Source: Blastocatellia bacterium
Lineage (GTDB): Bacteria > Acidobacteriota > Blastocatellia > RBC074
DNA: 37,068 bases
Assembly: GCA_036274535.1 (NCBI GenBank)
Contig: DASUFM010001023.1
Location: 1-37,068, forward strand
Reading direction: 5' to 3'
Positions within the stretch are counted from its first letter, which is position 1. Each line of letters begins with the position of its first letter. This document shows, piece by piece, positions 1 through 8,510 of the stretch. A program made the position numbers and the translations under genes. The notes beneath the pieces are model-generated. The model did not search any database. It was not told where the DNA came from and saw nothing but the letters and a program-made list of their open reading frames with translations.

Positions 1-222
1 GAACTCCGTACCCAGCCAAAGGTAGCCGTCGGGAGTTTGAGCAATAGAAATGATTTGGCCCTTGGGAAAGCCGTCGCGGATCCTCCACGAGGTATGCGCG
101 TACTGATTGACTTCCAGCGCCGGATCAAGCGCGAACGCGCAGGGGCAACACGCCAGCAAAATGCAAGCCAGCGCAATGCCGGGCGTGATAAAGTGTTGTC
201 CTCGTGGGCGCGCTATATCCAT
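1..222 (-). CDS. N-terminal fragment (74 codons) of a ligand-binding sensor protein of the two-component-regulator beta-propeller type. It runs off the left edge of the window.
   Basis: This is not in the ORF track. The reverse complement of 222-1 reads ATG GAT ATA ... = MDIARPRGQHFITPGIALACILLACCPCAFALDPALEVNQYAHTSWRIRDGFPKGQIISIAQTPDGYLWLGTEF, open to position 1. It has a hydrophobic signal-like segment followed by the LDP..QY.H..W....G.P...I..I.QT.DGYLWLGT pattern typical of the first blade of these sensors. It is divergent from the TonB receptor gene. Confidence 0.55.
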   Translation of the reverse strand, partial: MDIARPRGQHFITPGIALACILLACCPCAFALDPALEVNQYAHTSWRIRDGFPKGQIISIAQTPDGYLWLGTEF

Positions 223-309
223 TTGGCGCAAATCTTACCGCATCATAATCTCATGATTGCATGGCAGTATGATCTTGCGACTGGACCAAGAAAATCCCAT
301 TATCCGGGC

Positions 310-371
310 ATTGACGCGTCACCCTTTTGGAGGATTGACACGTCACCCTTTTGGGGGATTGACGCAACGCC
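310..371. promoter_or_regulatory. About 2.5 tandem copies of a 24-bp unit with TGACGCGTCA-type palindromic cores, in the divergent promoter region. Candidate iterated operator and/or -35 elements.
   Basis: Unit 1 (310-333) is ATTGACGCGTCACCCTTTTGGAGG. Unit 2 (334-357) is ATTGACACGTCACCCTTTTGGGGG, a 22/24 match. A partial unit 3 starts at 358 (ATTGACGC...). Each unit contains a TTGAC hexamer start and a TGAC-NN-GTCA palindrome. The array lies 48-109 nt upstream of the ATG at 419. Confidence 0.4.
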
Positions 372-418
372 GAGCGCGGGAATAACTTCGCGCTTTCCAT
401 ATCACCCGAGGTCAATTT

Positions 419-3400
419 ATGAGCCGAGTCGCATTCGCTCTCCTCCTGTGCGCTTCGTTCGCATCTGTTCTTTGCGCGCAATCAACCAGGGCATCGCTCA
501 CGGGTCGCATAACCGACCCCGCGAAAGCAATCATCAGCGGGGCCAAAATCGCCGCCATCAGCGCCGACACAAATGTTCGTTACGAAACCACGACCAACGG
601 CTCGGGCGAATACCACCTGACGAATCTGGCGCCGAGCCTCTATCGCATCGAAATTGAAAAACCCGGATTCAAAAAGTTGATCAAGCCGGATGTGATCCTT
701 CACGTCCAGGATGCCCTCAAAATTGACTTCGAGATGGCGCTTGGTTCCATATCCGAGATAGTCACGGTGGAAGGCGGCGCGCCTCTCGGGAACACCGAGC
801 CGGCGGCGGTCAGCACGGTGATTGACCGCGCCATCGTCGACAATCTTCCTCTCAATGGGAGGAGTTTCCAGACCTTGATCACGCTAACGCCAGGTGTGGT
901 ATTGACCCCCACGGTTTTCGACGAGCAAGGACAATTCAGCGTGAATGGCCAACGCGCGGATGCCAACTATTTCACCGTAGATGGAGTCAGCGCCAATTTC
1001 GGCGTGACTGGCTACGTTACACTTGGGCAGACTGCCAGCGGAGCGTTGCCTGCGCTTAGCGCTTCTGGTGGGACAAACAGCCTCGTGTCGGTGGACGCCA
1101 TGCAGGAATTTCGCATCCAGACGTCTTCGTTTGCTCCAGAGTTTGGACGCGCTCCTGGCGCCCAGGTCTCAATAGTGACGAGGTCTGGAACGAATGCTTT
1201 TCATGGCGCCTTGTTTGATTATTTCAGGAATAACGCGCTCGACGCCAAGGACTGGTTTGTGAATTTCAACGGTCTATCAAAACCTGCGGAGCGGCAAAAT
1301 GACTTCGGCGGTGTATTCGGCGGCCCAGTCTTCAAAGACAGGACTTTCTTCTTCTCCTCCTATGAAGGGTTGCGGTTGCGCCAGCCGTCGACCCAGCAAA
1401 CCGCCGTCCCAGACGCTGCGTCGCGACAGCAGGCCCCACCTGCGATGCGCCCCTACTTGAACGCCTATCCGATTGCAAACGGGACTTCGCTAGGGTCAGG
1501 TTTGGCGCAATTCAGCGCCAGCTATTCGAACCCTTCTACGCTTGACGCCTACAGCATCCGCGTGGATCACGTTGTAAATTCTAAACTCAGCTTGTTTGGC
1601 AGGTATAACTACTCACCATCTAATCTGGACCAGCGAGGTCCATTGTTCTCTTCAGGCAGGGTGCTCAGCACGACAAATTCGATGTCATCCTCCGTACAAA
1701 CTGGAACAGCCGGCCTCACCCAACTGATCAGGCCGGGAATCAGCAACCAAGCGCGTTTGAACTACAGCAACCACAGAGTTAGCATTAAATACGCTATGGA
1801 TAATTTCGGCGGCGCAGTACCGCTTCCCGATTCCATCTTGTTTCCCGCCGGATACTCATCCGCTAATGGCATTTTCTTATTTGCCATCTCAGGCGTTGGG
1901 CAGTACGGTCAGGGCAAATCGGGGACGAATGAGCAGCGCCAGGTCAATCTTGTAGATGATCTCTCGGTGAACAAAGCCGGCCACCAATTGAAGTTTGGCG
2001 TGGACTATCGCTGGCTCGCCCCTTTCAGTAGTCCGTACTCATATCAGCAATTTGTACTTTTCTCTGGAGTGACGGGCGCCGTTTCGGGAACAGCCTCGTT
2101 CGCCCAATCGACAGCATTTCAAGCCAATGCGCTTCTATCACAAAATTTCTCGCTGTATGGCCAGGACACCTGGAAGATTACACCCCGCTTGACGGTGACT
2201 TATGGCTTGAGATGGGACGTCAATCCGCCGCTGAAGGGCAAGAATGCGGCGAATGATCCGTTCACGGTAGTGGGCCTGAGTAATCCGGCAACAATGACCC
2301 TGGCGCCTCGCGGCGCGCCGCTGTATGAAACAACCTATGGAAATGTGGCGCCGAGAATTGGACTGGCTTATCAACTCGGTGGAATGCGAAATTGGGGCGC
2401 TGCTCTGCGCGCAGGCTTCGGGGTGTTTTACGATCTTGGGCAAGGATCGTTGGGAGGAGTTTCCAGCTTCTTTCCCTACAGTATCAGCAAGAACTTTGCC
2501 TCGGCGCCATTTCCGTTAAGCCCTCAGGATGCGGCTCCTCCGGCCCTTAGCGCCAATACGCCTGTTTCCAGCATTCTTGTAGCCGATCCGCATTTGAAGC
2601 TTCCGCGGAGCTTCCAGTGGAATATCTCGCTGGAGCAGTCTATCGGGAGCAGCCAAAGTTTATCGCTAACATACATCGGCGCCGTTGGGCGTGACTTGCT
2701 TCGGGCAACCAGGTTATTTAACGTGAATCCGAATTTTCAGTCCATCACACTAACTGACAACTCGGCGACATCGGACTATCACGCTGTACAACTCAAGTTT
2801 CAGCGACGATTGTCCCGAGGGCTGCAAGGGTTGGCATCGTATACCTTCTCCCACTCTATTGATATTGCCTCGACGGATGCAGGCACCAATCGCAGCACGC
2901 CCGGCACGATTGCTAACCCGAACGTAGACCGCGGGAATTCCGACTTTGACATCCGGCATTCCTTAACCGCCGGTGTGACATACGGCCTGCCCTCTCCAGG
3001 ATCGTACCAGCTTATACATGCAGCGTTGAGCGGTTGGTCGCTGGACGTTTTCGTTCTGGCCAGATCGGCCCCGCCAGTTAACATCGTCGGCGCAATTACC
3101 TCTGCCGCGGGCGTGACCCTCTCTTACCGCCCAAACCTCAATCCGGGAGCGCCTCTTGAGCTCTACGGCGCGCAATATCCTGGTGGCAAAATTTTCAATC
3201 GTGCGGCTTTTTCCGCCGCGCCAGTTGGACAGCAAGGTTATCTCGGGCGCAACGCACTACGAGGGTTCGGAGCATCGCAAGCGGATGTTGCGCTGCAGCG
3301 GCGATTTCGCGTCACCGAGAAGTTGGGTATTTGTTTCCGAGCCGAGTTCTTCAACATCTTCAACCACCCAAATTTTGGGAGTCCGACCAATGTCCTGACT

Positions 3401-3535
3401 AGCCCTTTGTTCGGTAGCTCAACGCAAATGCTCGCGAATAGTCTGGGGTCCGGTGGCGCGAATGGCGGTCTAAGCCCTCTCTATCAGATTGGCGGGCCGC
3501 GCTCGACCCAGTTAGCTCTTAAACTTCAATTTTGA
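419..3535 (+). CDS. TonB-dependent outer-membrane receptor with an N-terminal carboxypeptidase-regulatory-like domain.
   Basis: 1038-aa ORF. The signal peptide is MSRVAFALLLCASFASVLCAQ. Next comes SLTGRITDP...GEYHLTNLAPSLYRIEIEKPGFKK (CarboxypepD_reg fold pattern), then a plug-like region (VVDNLPLNGRSFQTL). The remainder is long and rich in beta-strand residues, ending in the aromatic terminus ...LALKLQF typical of OM beta-barrels. GAGG lies 7 nt upstream of the ATG. Confidence 0.85.
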   Translation: MSRVAFALLLCASFASVLCAQSTRASLTGRITDPAKAIISGAKIAAISADTNVRYETTTNGSGEYHLTNLAPSLYRIEIEKPGFKKLIKPDVILHVQDALKIDFEMALGSISEIVTVEGGAPLGNTEPAAVSTVIDRAIVDNLPLNGRSFQTLITLTPGVVLTPTVFDEQGQFSVNGQRADANYFTVDGVSANFGVTGYVTLGQTASGALPALSASGGTNSLVSVDAMQEFRIQTSSFAPEFGRAPGAQVSIVTRSGTNAFHGALFDYFRNNALDAKDWFVNFNGLSKPAERQNDFGGVFGGPVFKDRTFFFSSYEGLRLRQPSTQQTAVPDAASRQQAPPAMRPYLNAYPIANGTSLGSGLAQFSASYSNPSTLDAYSIRVDHVVNSKLSLFGRYNYSPSNLDQRGPLFSSGRVLSTTNSMSSSVQTGTAGLTQLIRPGISNQARLNYSNHRVSIKYAMDNFGGAVPLPDSILFPAGYSSANGIFLFAISGVGQYGQGKSGTNEQRQVNLVDDLSVNKAGHQLKFGVDYRWLAPFSSPYSYQQFVLFSGVTGAVSGTASFAQSTAFQANALLSQNFSLYGQDTWKITPRLTVTYGLRWDVNPPLKGKNAANDPFTVVGLSNPATMTLAPRGAPLYETTYGNVAPRIGLAYQLGGMRNWGAALRAGFGVFYDLGQGSLGGVSSFFPYSISKNFASAPFPLSPQDAAPPALSANTPVSSILVADPHLKLPRSFQWNISLEQSIGSSQSLSLTYIGAVGRDLLRATRLFNVNPNFQSITLTDNSATSDYHAVQLKFQRRLSRGLQGLASYTFSHSIDIASTDAGTNRSTPGTIANPNVDRGNSDFDIRHSLTAGVTYGLPSPGSYQLIHAALSGWSLDVFVLARSAPPVNIVGAITSAAGVTLSYRPNLNPGAPLELYGAQYPGGKIFNRAAFSAAPVGQQGYLGRNALRGFGASQADVALQRRFRVTEKLGICFRAEFFNIFNHPNFGSPTNVLTSPLFGSSTQMLANSLGSGGANGGLSPLYQIGGPRSTQLALKLQF

Positions 3536-3643
3536 ACATGCTATTTCGAGAATCCCGCGCTTCACGCTGCTCATCGCAGACTCGGTTCGAAAGCTTGGCG
3601 AGGAAATCAAGGCCGATGATTTTTTGCGACCGGTCATCAGCTC

Positions 3644-3702
3644 GACTTTGTCCATTTTGTGGCGCTGGCGCCAGCGGGCGGCGCCACAAAATGGACAAAG
3701 TC
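3644..3702. terminator. Perfect 22-bp inverted repeat with a 15-nt loop, between convergent genes. Candidate (bidirectional) transcription terminator or insulator hairpin.
   Basis: Left arm 3644-3665 is GACTTTGTCCATTTTGTGGCGC. Right arm 3681-3702 is GCGCCACAAAATGGACAAAGTC, its exact reverse complement. The T5 run (3710-3714) starts only 7 nt after the stem on the + strand. There is no U-tract on the minus-strand side, so a classical intrinsic terminator is not fully supported. Confidence 0.4.
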
Positions 3703-3762
3703 AGCGCCATTTTTCAATGTCGTAATCTGATGTTGGACTCCCGGAAACCGGCTGATTTGGGC

Positions 3763-6700
3763 TCATCCCCCGTCTATTTGAGCAAAGATTCTGGCCAGGT
3801 CCTCCGTGGTTAACTGTTCATCGGTCAGATCAGCAAGCGCCGCGTTCGGTTGGCCATTCGCGCAATAATGAATGATCATTCTGCGTAGTTCCGCCGCCCA
3901 TAGGTTTCCCAGAAGCTCAATAGATTCACGTCGGTAAACTCTTTCACTATACCGAAAGACAAGTTGCATCGCGTTGCCAGACACGCCCGCTCCTATCTCA
4001 AGAGTATAGGGACGGCGGCCGTGCGGGCTATGCATAGGTCCCACGGGCTCCGGCGCCAAAGCGAACCATCCATCAGCAAGCATTTGATCGAACTGACCCA
4101 GGTAGTTAAAACTTATTTCGGGCAAGGAATGTTTTCGCAGCCGGGCTTGATTCTCGCTTCCTGCCCGCAGGTATCTTAGCAGGCCGAACCCCATGCCTTG
4201 GCGCGGAATCTGTCGCAGAGTCTTTTGCACACTGCATAAAGCCTTCTCCAGAGGTTGCAGCCTGGTCTCTAACCACACCGGATAAACGGCGGTGAACCAG
4301 CCGACGGTGCGTGAGATGTCTATCGCTTCAGAGATGTGCTCGCGTCCGTGCCCCTCGACAGCGAGCAATAGGCCTTCAACCCGGGCAGATCTGGGGTCTT
4401 GTCCCCAGGACTGCGCCAATGCAGTCAGCAATAGATCCTGGATCTGCGAGCCGGAAGCTGATGTCACTTTATGTAAAAGATCGTATGTCTCTTCTTTCGA
4501 CAGACAGAGTTGCGCGCTTTGCGTCCACTGCTCACTGTTGTCGCTGGTGGGAAAGTCCGCCATCATCGCTCGGCCTCTGTGACTCAGCGTGTTTTCCCAA
4601 TAGGGCAATTCCGCTTCAATCTCCGGCGATTGCGCATAACAGCGCAACTCCTCGGCCCAACGCTTGAATGAGGTCGTTTTCCGCCCGAACGATATCTCCC
4701 ATCCACGCTCAAGTCGCTCATAGCCCTTCTGCAAATCTTCCAACAGGATGCGCCATGACACGCCATCGAAGATCAAATGATGCATGACCAGCAGAAGCCT
4801 TTGCGGACTCTCGGGGCCGCAATCAAACAGCGCGATGCGCCACAACGGCCCCCGCGCCAAATTGAGGCTGGCCTGCATCCGCGCGGCGCGTCTCTCAAGC
4901 TCGCCACATCGCTCAGCCATAAGCAGCCCCGACAGGTCCTCAAAGGAGAAAGCGGCCTCCTCCTCGCCACACGCCTCATTCGTTTGCCGCCATACGCCTT
5001 CATGATCGGTAAAACGCAGCCGCAACGCATCGTGATGCCGGTTCAGGGCGACTGTCACCCCGCGCAGCAGGTCAGGATCAAGTCTTCTTCTGACTTCCAG
5101 CATGACGGCCTGATTCCAATGCTGCGGTTGTGGAAGATCCAGCTCAAAGAACCAGCATTGAATTGGAGTCAAAGGAACCAGGCCAGTGACGATCCCCTGT
5201 TCGGCGTCCACGACCGCTCCGGTCCGCGCGACTTTGGCCAGTTCGGCGATGGTCTGACGCTGGAAAAGATCTCGCGGCTTGAGCCTCATACCGCGTTGAT
5301 TCGCTTTTGCCACGATCTGAATGCTCAGGATCGAGTCTCCGCCCAGATCGAAGAAGTTGTCATGAACTCCAATTCCTCTTACTCCCAACACCTCTTCCCA
5401 CACCTGCGCCATCTCCTTCTCGTCCTTCCCGCTCGCCGCCACCGACCCGGAGCCTTCCGCCGCCTCTCCTCTCGCCCACTCCTCCACCTTCTCTCTCCAC
5501 ACCTTCCCATGCGCCGTCAACGGTATCTCTTCCACCTCCCTCACCACCCACGGCCTCATCGCCTCCGGCAACCTCTCTCTCAGATACTCCTTCCAATTCA
5601 CTTCCTCTCTCTCTTCTCTCTCCCTCATCACTACATACCCCACCAGCCTCTCCACCGCTCCATTCTCTCCTCTCACTCCCACCACCACCGCTTCTCTCGC
5701 CTCCGGATGTTCCTTCAGCGCGCTCTCGATCTCTCCCAGCTCTATACGCTGTCCTCGCAGTTTGATCTGGCCATCGGCTCGGCCGATGAACTGAAGTTCT
5801 CCGTCAGGCAGAAATCGGACTATGTCGCCGGTGCGGTAGAGTCGCGCTCCGGGGGTTGAGGAAAAAGGATCAGGAATGAACCGCTCCGCGGTGAGCGCCG
5901 GCTGATCCAGATAGCCTCGGGCAACGCCATCTCCGCCGATGAAGAGTTCCCCGCTGACTCCGATGGGAACCGGCCGCAACCGCCGGTCCAGCGCATAGAC
6001 CTGCGTATTGGCGATTGGACGCCCGATTAATGGCAGGCCATGCGCGGCGCTCTTTGTAGACGCCAGTCCGGCGGTCGCTACAACAGTGGTCTCTGTAGGC
6101 CCGTAATGGTTGAGCACGGGAAACTTTATGCGCGGATCCGGATAACGTTCCAATCTATCCCCGCCTGTCAGTAAAGCGCGCAAGGATGCTCCCTCTACTG
6201 GCCAGGGATCTGCGATAAGCCGCTCGGCCAGCGGCGTCGGCGCAAAGCTTATCGTGATTCGGTTGGTGATCAACCAGTTCCGCAGACGCGCGGGTGAGAC
6301 GCGTATCTCTTCTTCTTCAGGAATGTAAAGACTGGCCCCAGCCGTAATGTAAGGCCACAATTCCCACACGGAAGCGTCAAAACCGGACCCGGCGAGTAAC
6401 GTGGCGCGATCTGACGGACCGATCTCATAAGTTTGCTGATGCCACTGCACAAGGTTGGCCAGTGACGCGTGTTGGACGGCCACGCCTTTCGGGCGACCGG
6501 TCGAACCCGATGTGTATATCACATACGCCAACCGATCCCATTCCACTTCCATTCCTGGCTCATCGGCTTCAAGTCGCTCTCCCTCTCCCAACATTCCTCC
6601 GACGCCTACCACCTCCACGCCTACCATATTTTCCAATCGTTTGTCCTCTCCCTCATCCACTAATAACAACCTCATTCCCGCATCTCTGACCATGTACTCC

Positions 6701-8475
6701 ACCCGCTCCCGCGGATACTCGACATCCAGCCCCACATATGCCCCCCCCGCCGCCATCACTCCAATCACAGATCCCACCAGCCATCCTCCTCGCCTCATCA
6801 ACACACCTACTCTCTCCTCGCTCTTCACCCCGCGGGCTCGCAGAAATCCCGCCACACGCCTCGCGCGATGGCTCAACTCCCTATAGCTGATCTGTTCCGT
6901 TCCACACACCAGCGCGATGGCCTCTGGTTGAGCGGCGGCCCTGAGAAAAAACAGATCATGGACAGGGCTGGTCAGTTGGAGAGGAAGCGCGGTTTGATTC
7001 CAGGAGACAAGTATCTGATGAAGTTCAGAAGGAGAGAAGAAATTTAGTGAATGGATAGAGAGCGTGGGGCTGGAGGTGATATTGACGAGCAGGTTGAGCC
7101 AGTGACGCCGCAATCGTTCGATGGTTGCGTGATCGAAAATGCCCGCGTTGTACTCGAAATACCCGCTGACCGAGTCCGGCCCGGACTCCAGCGAAAGCGC
7201 CAGATCGAATTTCGACGTCCCGTTATCCACATCCACCCAGCGCGCTTCGATCCCCGGCAGAGAGAACTCTTTCGCGATCGCCTCATGCGCGTCGAAGACG
7301 ACCTGAAACAGCGGCGTCTGCTCCATACTGCGCGCCGGACGCAACTCTTCCACGAGTTTCTCAAACGGCAGGTCCTGATGCGCATACGCTTCAAGCGTCA
7401 CATTTTTTACGCGATCCAGCAGTTCCATGAACGTCGGACTACCCGTCATATCCACTCGCAGTGGAAGCATGTTGACGAAAAAACCGATCAGGGCCTCAAG
7501 ATCTTTTCGATTGCGATTGGCGATCGGCGACCCGACGATCAAATCTTCGCGCCCTGTGTAGCGGCTCAGCAACGTCAGGAAGGCGGCAAGCGTCGTCATA
7601 AAGAGCGTAGCGCCGGCGCGGCGGCTCAAGTCTCTCAGTCCCTGCGATAGAGCCTCCTCAAACGAGAAATAAAGTCTTGCGCCATTGAAGGTCTGCGCAA
7701 CGGGCCTGGGACTATCGGTCAGCAGGCTCGACACCGGCAAATCTCCGACCAATTTTTGTTTCCAGAAGTTCAAAGACTCCGCCGCCGCGCCGCTCTCCAC
7801 CCACTCCCTCTGCCACACCGCGTAATCCGCATATTGAATCGGCAGGTCCGGCGACGGCGGCGGCGAGGAGGAAACAAACCCCTTGTACAAAGCCGTCAAC
7901 TCGCGCGCCAAGACGGTCAAGGACCAGGCGTCGGCGACGATGTGGTGCAGCGTCACCAGCAACACGTGTTCGTCATGTCCCAGAGCCAGCAGAGCGACTC
8001 GCATCAACGGCGGCCTAGACAGGATGAACGGCCGCCGCGCTTCCTGCGCCATCCATCGGCGGATCGCCGATTCATCGGCGACGCCTCCATCGAAGTTCGG
8101 ATCGATCGGTTTGAGCGAGATCTTCGCCTCCGGAATGACGATCTGTGACGGCTCGCCGTCCACCACAGCCAGAACGGTCCGCAGCGTTTCGTGTCTCTGC
8201 GTCAATTCGTTGAAGCCGTCTTCCAGGGCCTTTATGTTCAGCGGCCCAGTCAGGTAAAACGCGCCCGCAAGGTTGTAATGAGGACTTTCCGGCGCAAGTT
8301 GATGCAAAAACCATAGGCGCTGTTGGGCAAAAGATAAAGGAAAGACGAATCCCTCCACCTCGTTTTCCATCACGGCAAGAGCGGCGTTATCCGACATATG
8401 AACAGATATCGATTTGGACATTACGTACAGGTTATAGGCGGCGCCTTTCATTGCCCCTTGCCCATTGAGGAACAA
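3763..8475 (-). CDS. Non-ribosomal peptide synthetase, one module: C-A-T-E (Leu-like A domain, terminal epimerase with a COM-donor-like tail).
   Basis: 1570 aa. C domain: FPLSFAQQRLWF, HHIVADAWS. A domain: LAYVIYTSGSTGRPKG, NHYGPTETT, YRTGD, GRADGQIKLRGQRIELGEIE. T domain: FFDLGGDSILSIQI (the GGDSI type that precedes E domains). E domain: PLTPIQCWFF, HHLIFDGVSW, EGHGRE, RTVGWFT, FNYLGQFD. The ORF's first codon is TTG and the first ATG is at 8451, so the exact start is uncertain. Confidence 0.95.
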   Translation of the reverse strand: MFLNGQGAMKGAAYNLYVMSKSISVHMSDNAALAVMENEVEGFVFPLSFAQQRLWFLHQLAPESPHYNLAGAFYLTGPLNIKALEDGFNELTQRHETLRTVLAVVDGEPSQIVIPEAKISLKPIDPNFDGGVADESAIRRWMAQEARRPFILSRPPLMRVALLALGHDEHVLLVTLHHIVADAWSLTVLARELTALYKGFVSSSPPPSPDLPIQYADYAVWQREWVESGAAAESLNFWKQKLVGDLPVSSLLTDSPRPVAQTFNGARLYFSFEEALSQGLRDLSRRAGATLFMTTLAAFLTLLSRYTGREDLIVGSPIANRNRKDLEALIGFFVNMLPLRVDMTGSPTFMELLDRVKNVTLEAYAHQDLPFEKLVEELRPARSMEQTPLFQVVFDAHEAIAKEFSLPGIEARWVDVDNGTSKFDLALSLESGPDSVSGYFEYNAGIFDHATIERLRRHWLNLLVNITSSPTLSIHSLNFFSPSELHQILVSWNQTALPLQLTSPVHDLFFLRAAAQPEAIALVCGTEQISYRELSHRARRVAGFLRARGVKSEERVGVLMRRGGWLVGSVIGVMAAGGAYVGLDVEYPRERVEYMVRDAGMRLLLVDEGEDKRLENMVGVEVVGVGGMLGEGERLEADEPGMEVEWDRLAYVIYTSGSTGRPKGVAVQHASLANLVQWHQQTYEIGPSDRATLLAGSGFDASVWELWPYITAGASLYIPEEEEIRVSPARLRNWLITNRITISFAPTPLAERLIADPWPVEGASLRALLTGGDRLERYPDPRIKFPVLNHYGPTETTVVATAGLASTKSAAHGLPLIGRPIANTQVYALDRRLRPVPIGVSGELFIGGDGVARGYLDQPALTAERFIPDPFSSTPGARLYRTGDIVRFLPDGELQFIGRADGQIKLRGQRIELGEIESALKEHPEAREAVVVGVRGENGAVERLVGYVVMREREEREEVNWKEYLRERLPEAMRPWVVREVEEIPLTAHGKVWREKVEEWARGEAAEGSGSVAASGKDEKEMAQVWEEVLGVRGIGVHDNFFDLGGDSILSIQIVAKANQRGMRLKPRDLFQRQTIAELAKVARTGAVVDAEQGIVTGLVPLTPIQCWFFELDLPQPQHWNQAVMLEVRRRLDPDLLRGVTVALNRHHDALRLRFTDHEGVWRQTNEACGEEEAAFSFEDLSGLLMAERCGELERRAARMQASLNLARGPLWRIALFDCGPESPQRLLLVMHHLIFDGVSWRILLEDLQKGYERLERGWEISFGRKTTSFKRWAEELRCYAQSPEIEAELPYWENTLSHRGRAMMADFPTSDNSEQWTQSAQLCLSKEETYDLLHKVTSASGSQIQDLLLTALAQSWGQDPRSARVEGLLLAVEGHGREHISEAIDISRTVGWFTAVYPVWLETRLQPLEKALCSVQKTLRQIPRQGMGFGLLRYLRAGSENQARLRKHSLPEISFNYLGQFDQMLADGWFALAPEPVGPMHSPHGRRPYTLEIGAGVSGNAMQLVFRYSERVYRRESIELLGNLWAAELRRMIIHYCANGQPNAALADLTDEQLTTEDLARIFAQIDGG

Positions 8476-8510
8476 ATGCGATCGCCAGGTATACCGCCTG
8501 ATTGACGGCG

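Noticed and set aside
37-657. 206-aa + strand ORF covering the divergent promoter region and the 5' end of the TonB-receptor gene.
   Set aside because: The sequence is low-complexity and Arg/Pro/Ser-rich with no recognisable motifs. It overlaps two better-supported genes: the minus-strand sensor N-terminus at 1-222 and the receptor ORF starting at 419. It also reads straight through the 24-bp tandem repeats.
419-3535. The TonB-dependent receptor as evidence that the cluster makes a siderophore.
   Set aside because: The receptor is convergent, separated from the cluster by a strong hairpin, and has its own divergent regulator-type neighbour. No hydroxamate, catechol or other typical iron-ligand biosynthesis genes are present. 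Receptors of this type are very abundant in the presumed host group, so adjacency alone is weak evidence.
3519-3813. Short ORFs in the convergent intergenic region (3519-3710 minus, 3532-3813 plus).
   Set aside because: They overlap the ends of flanking genes and run through the 22-bp inverted repeat. They have no motifs and no credible RBS, so they are most likely non-coding.
5307-5765. Pro/Ser/Thr-rich + strand ORFs (5307-5765, 6455-6886, 9793-10236 and neighbours) that look like extensin or mucin-type proteins.
   Set aside because: They are antisense shadows of the purine-rich, cytosine-depleted coding patches of the NRPS A domains. The minus-strand frames carry canonical A-domain motifs.
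4777-5859. Long + strand ORFs antisense to NRPS genes (4777-5859, 11337-11999, 12036-12788 with HGIA repeats, 21138-22010, 22047-23018, 36203-36787).
   Set aside because: These are typical stop-poor antisense frames of GC-rich coding DNA. They are Arg-rich with no domain motifs, and each lies entirely within a minus-strand gene that has strong domain evidence.
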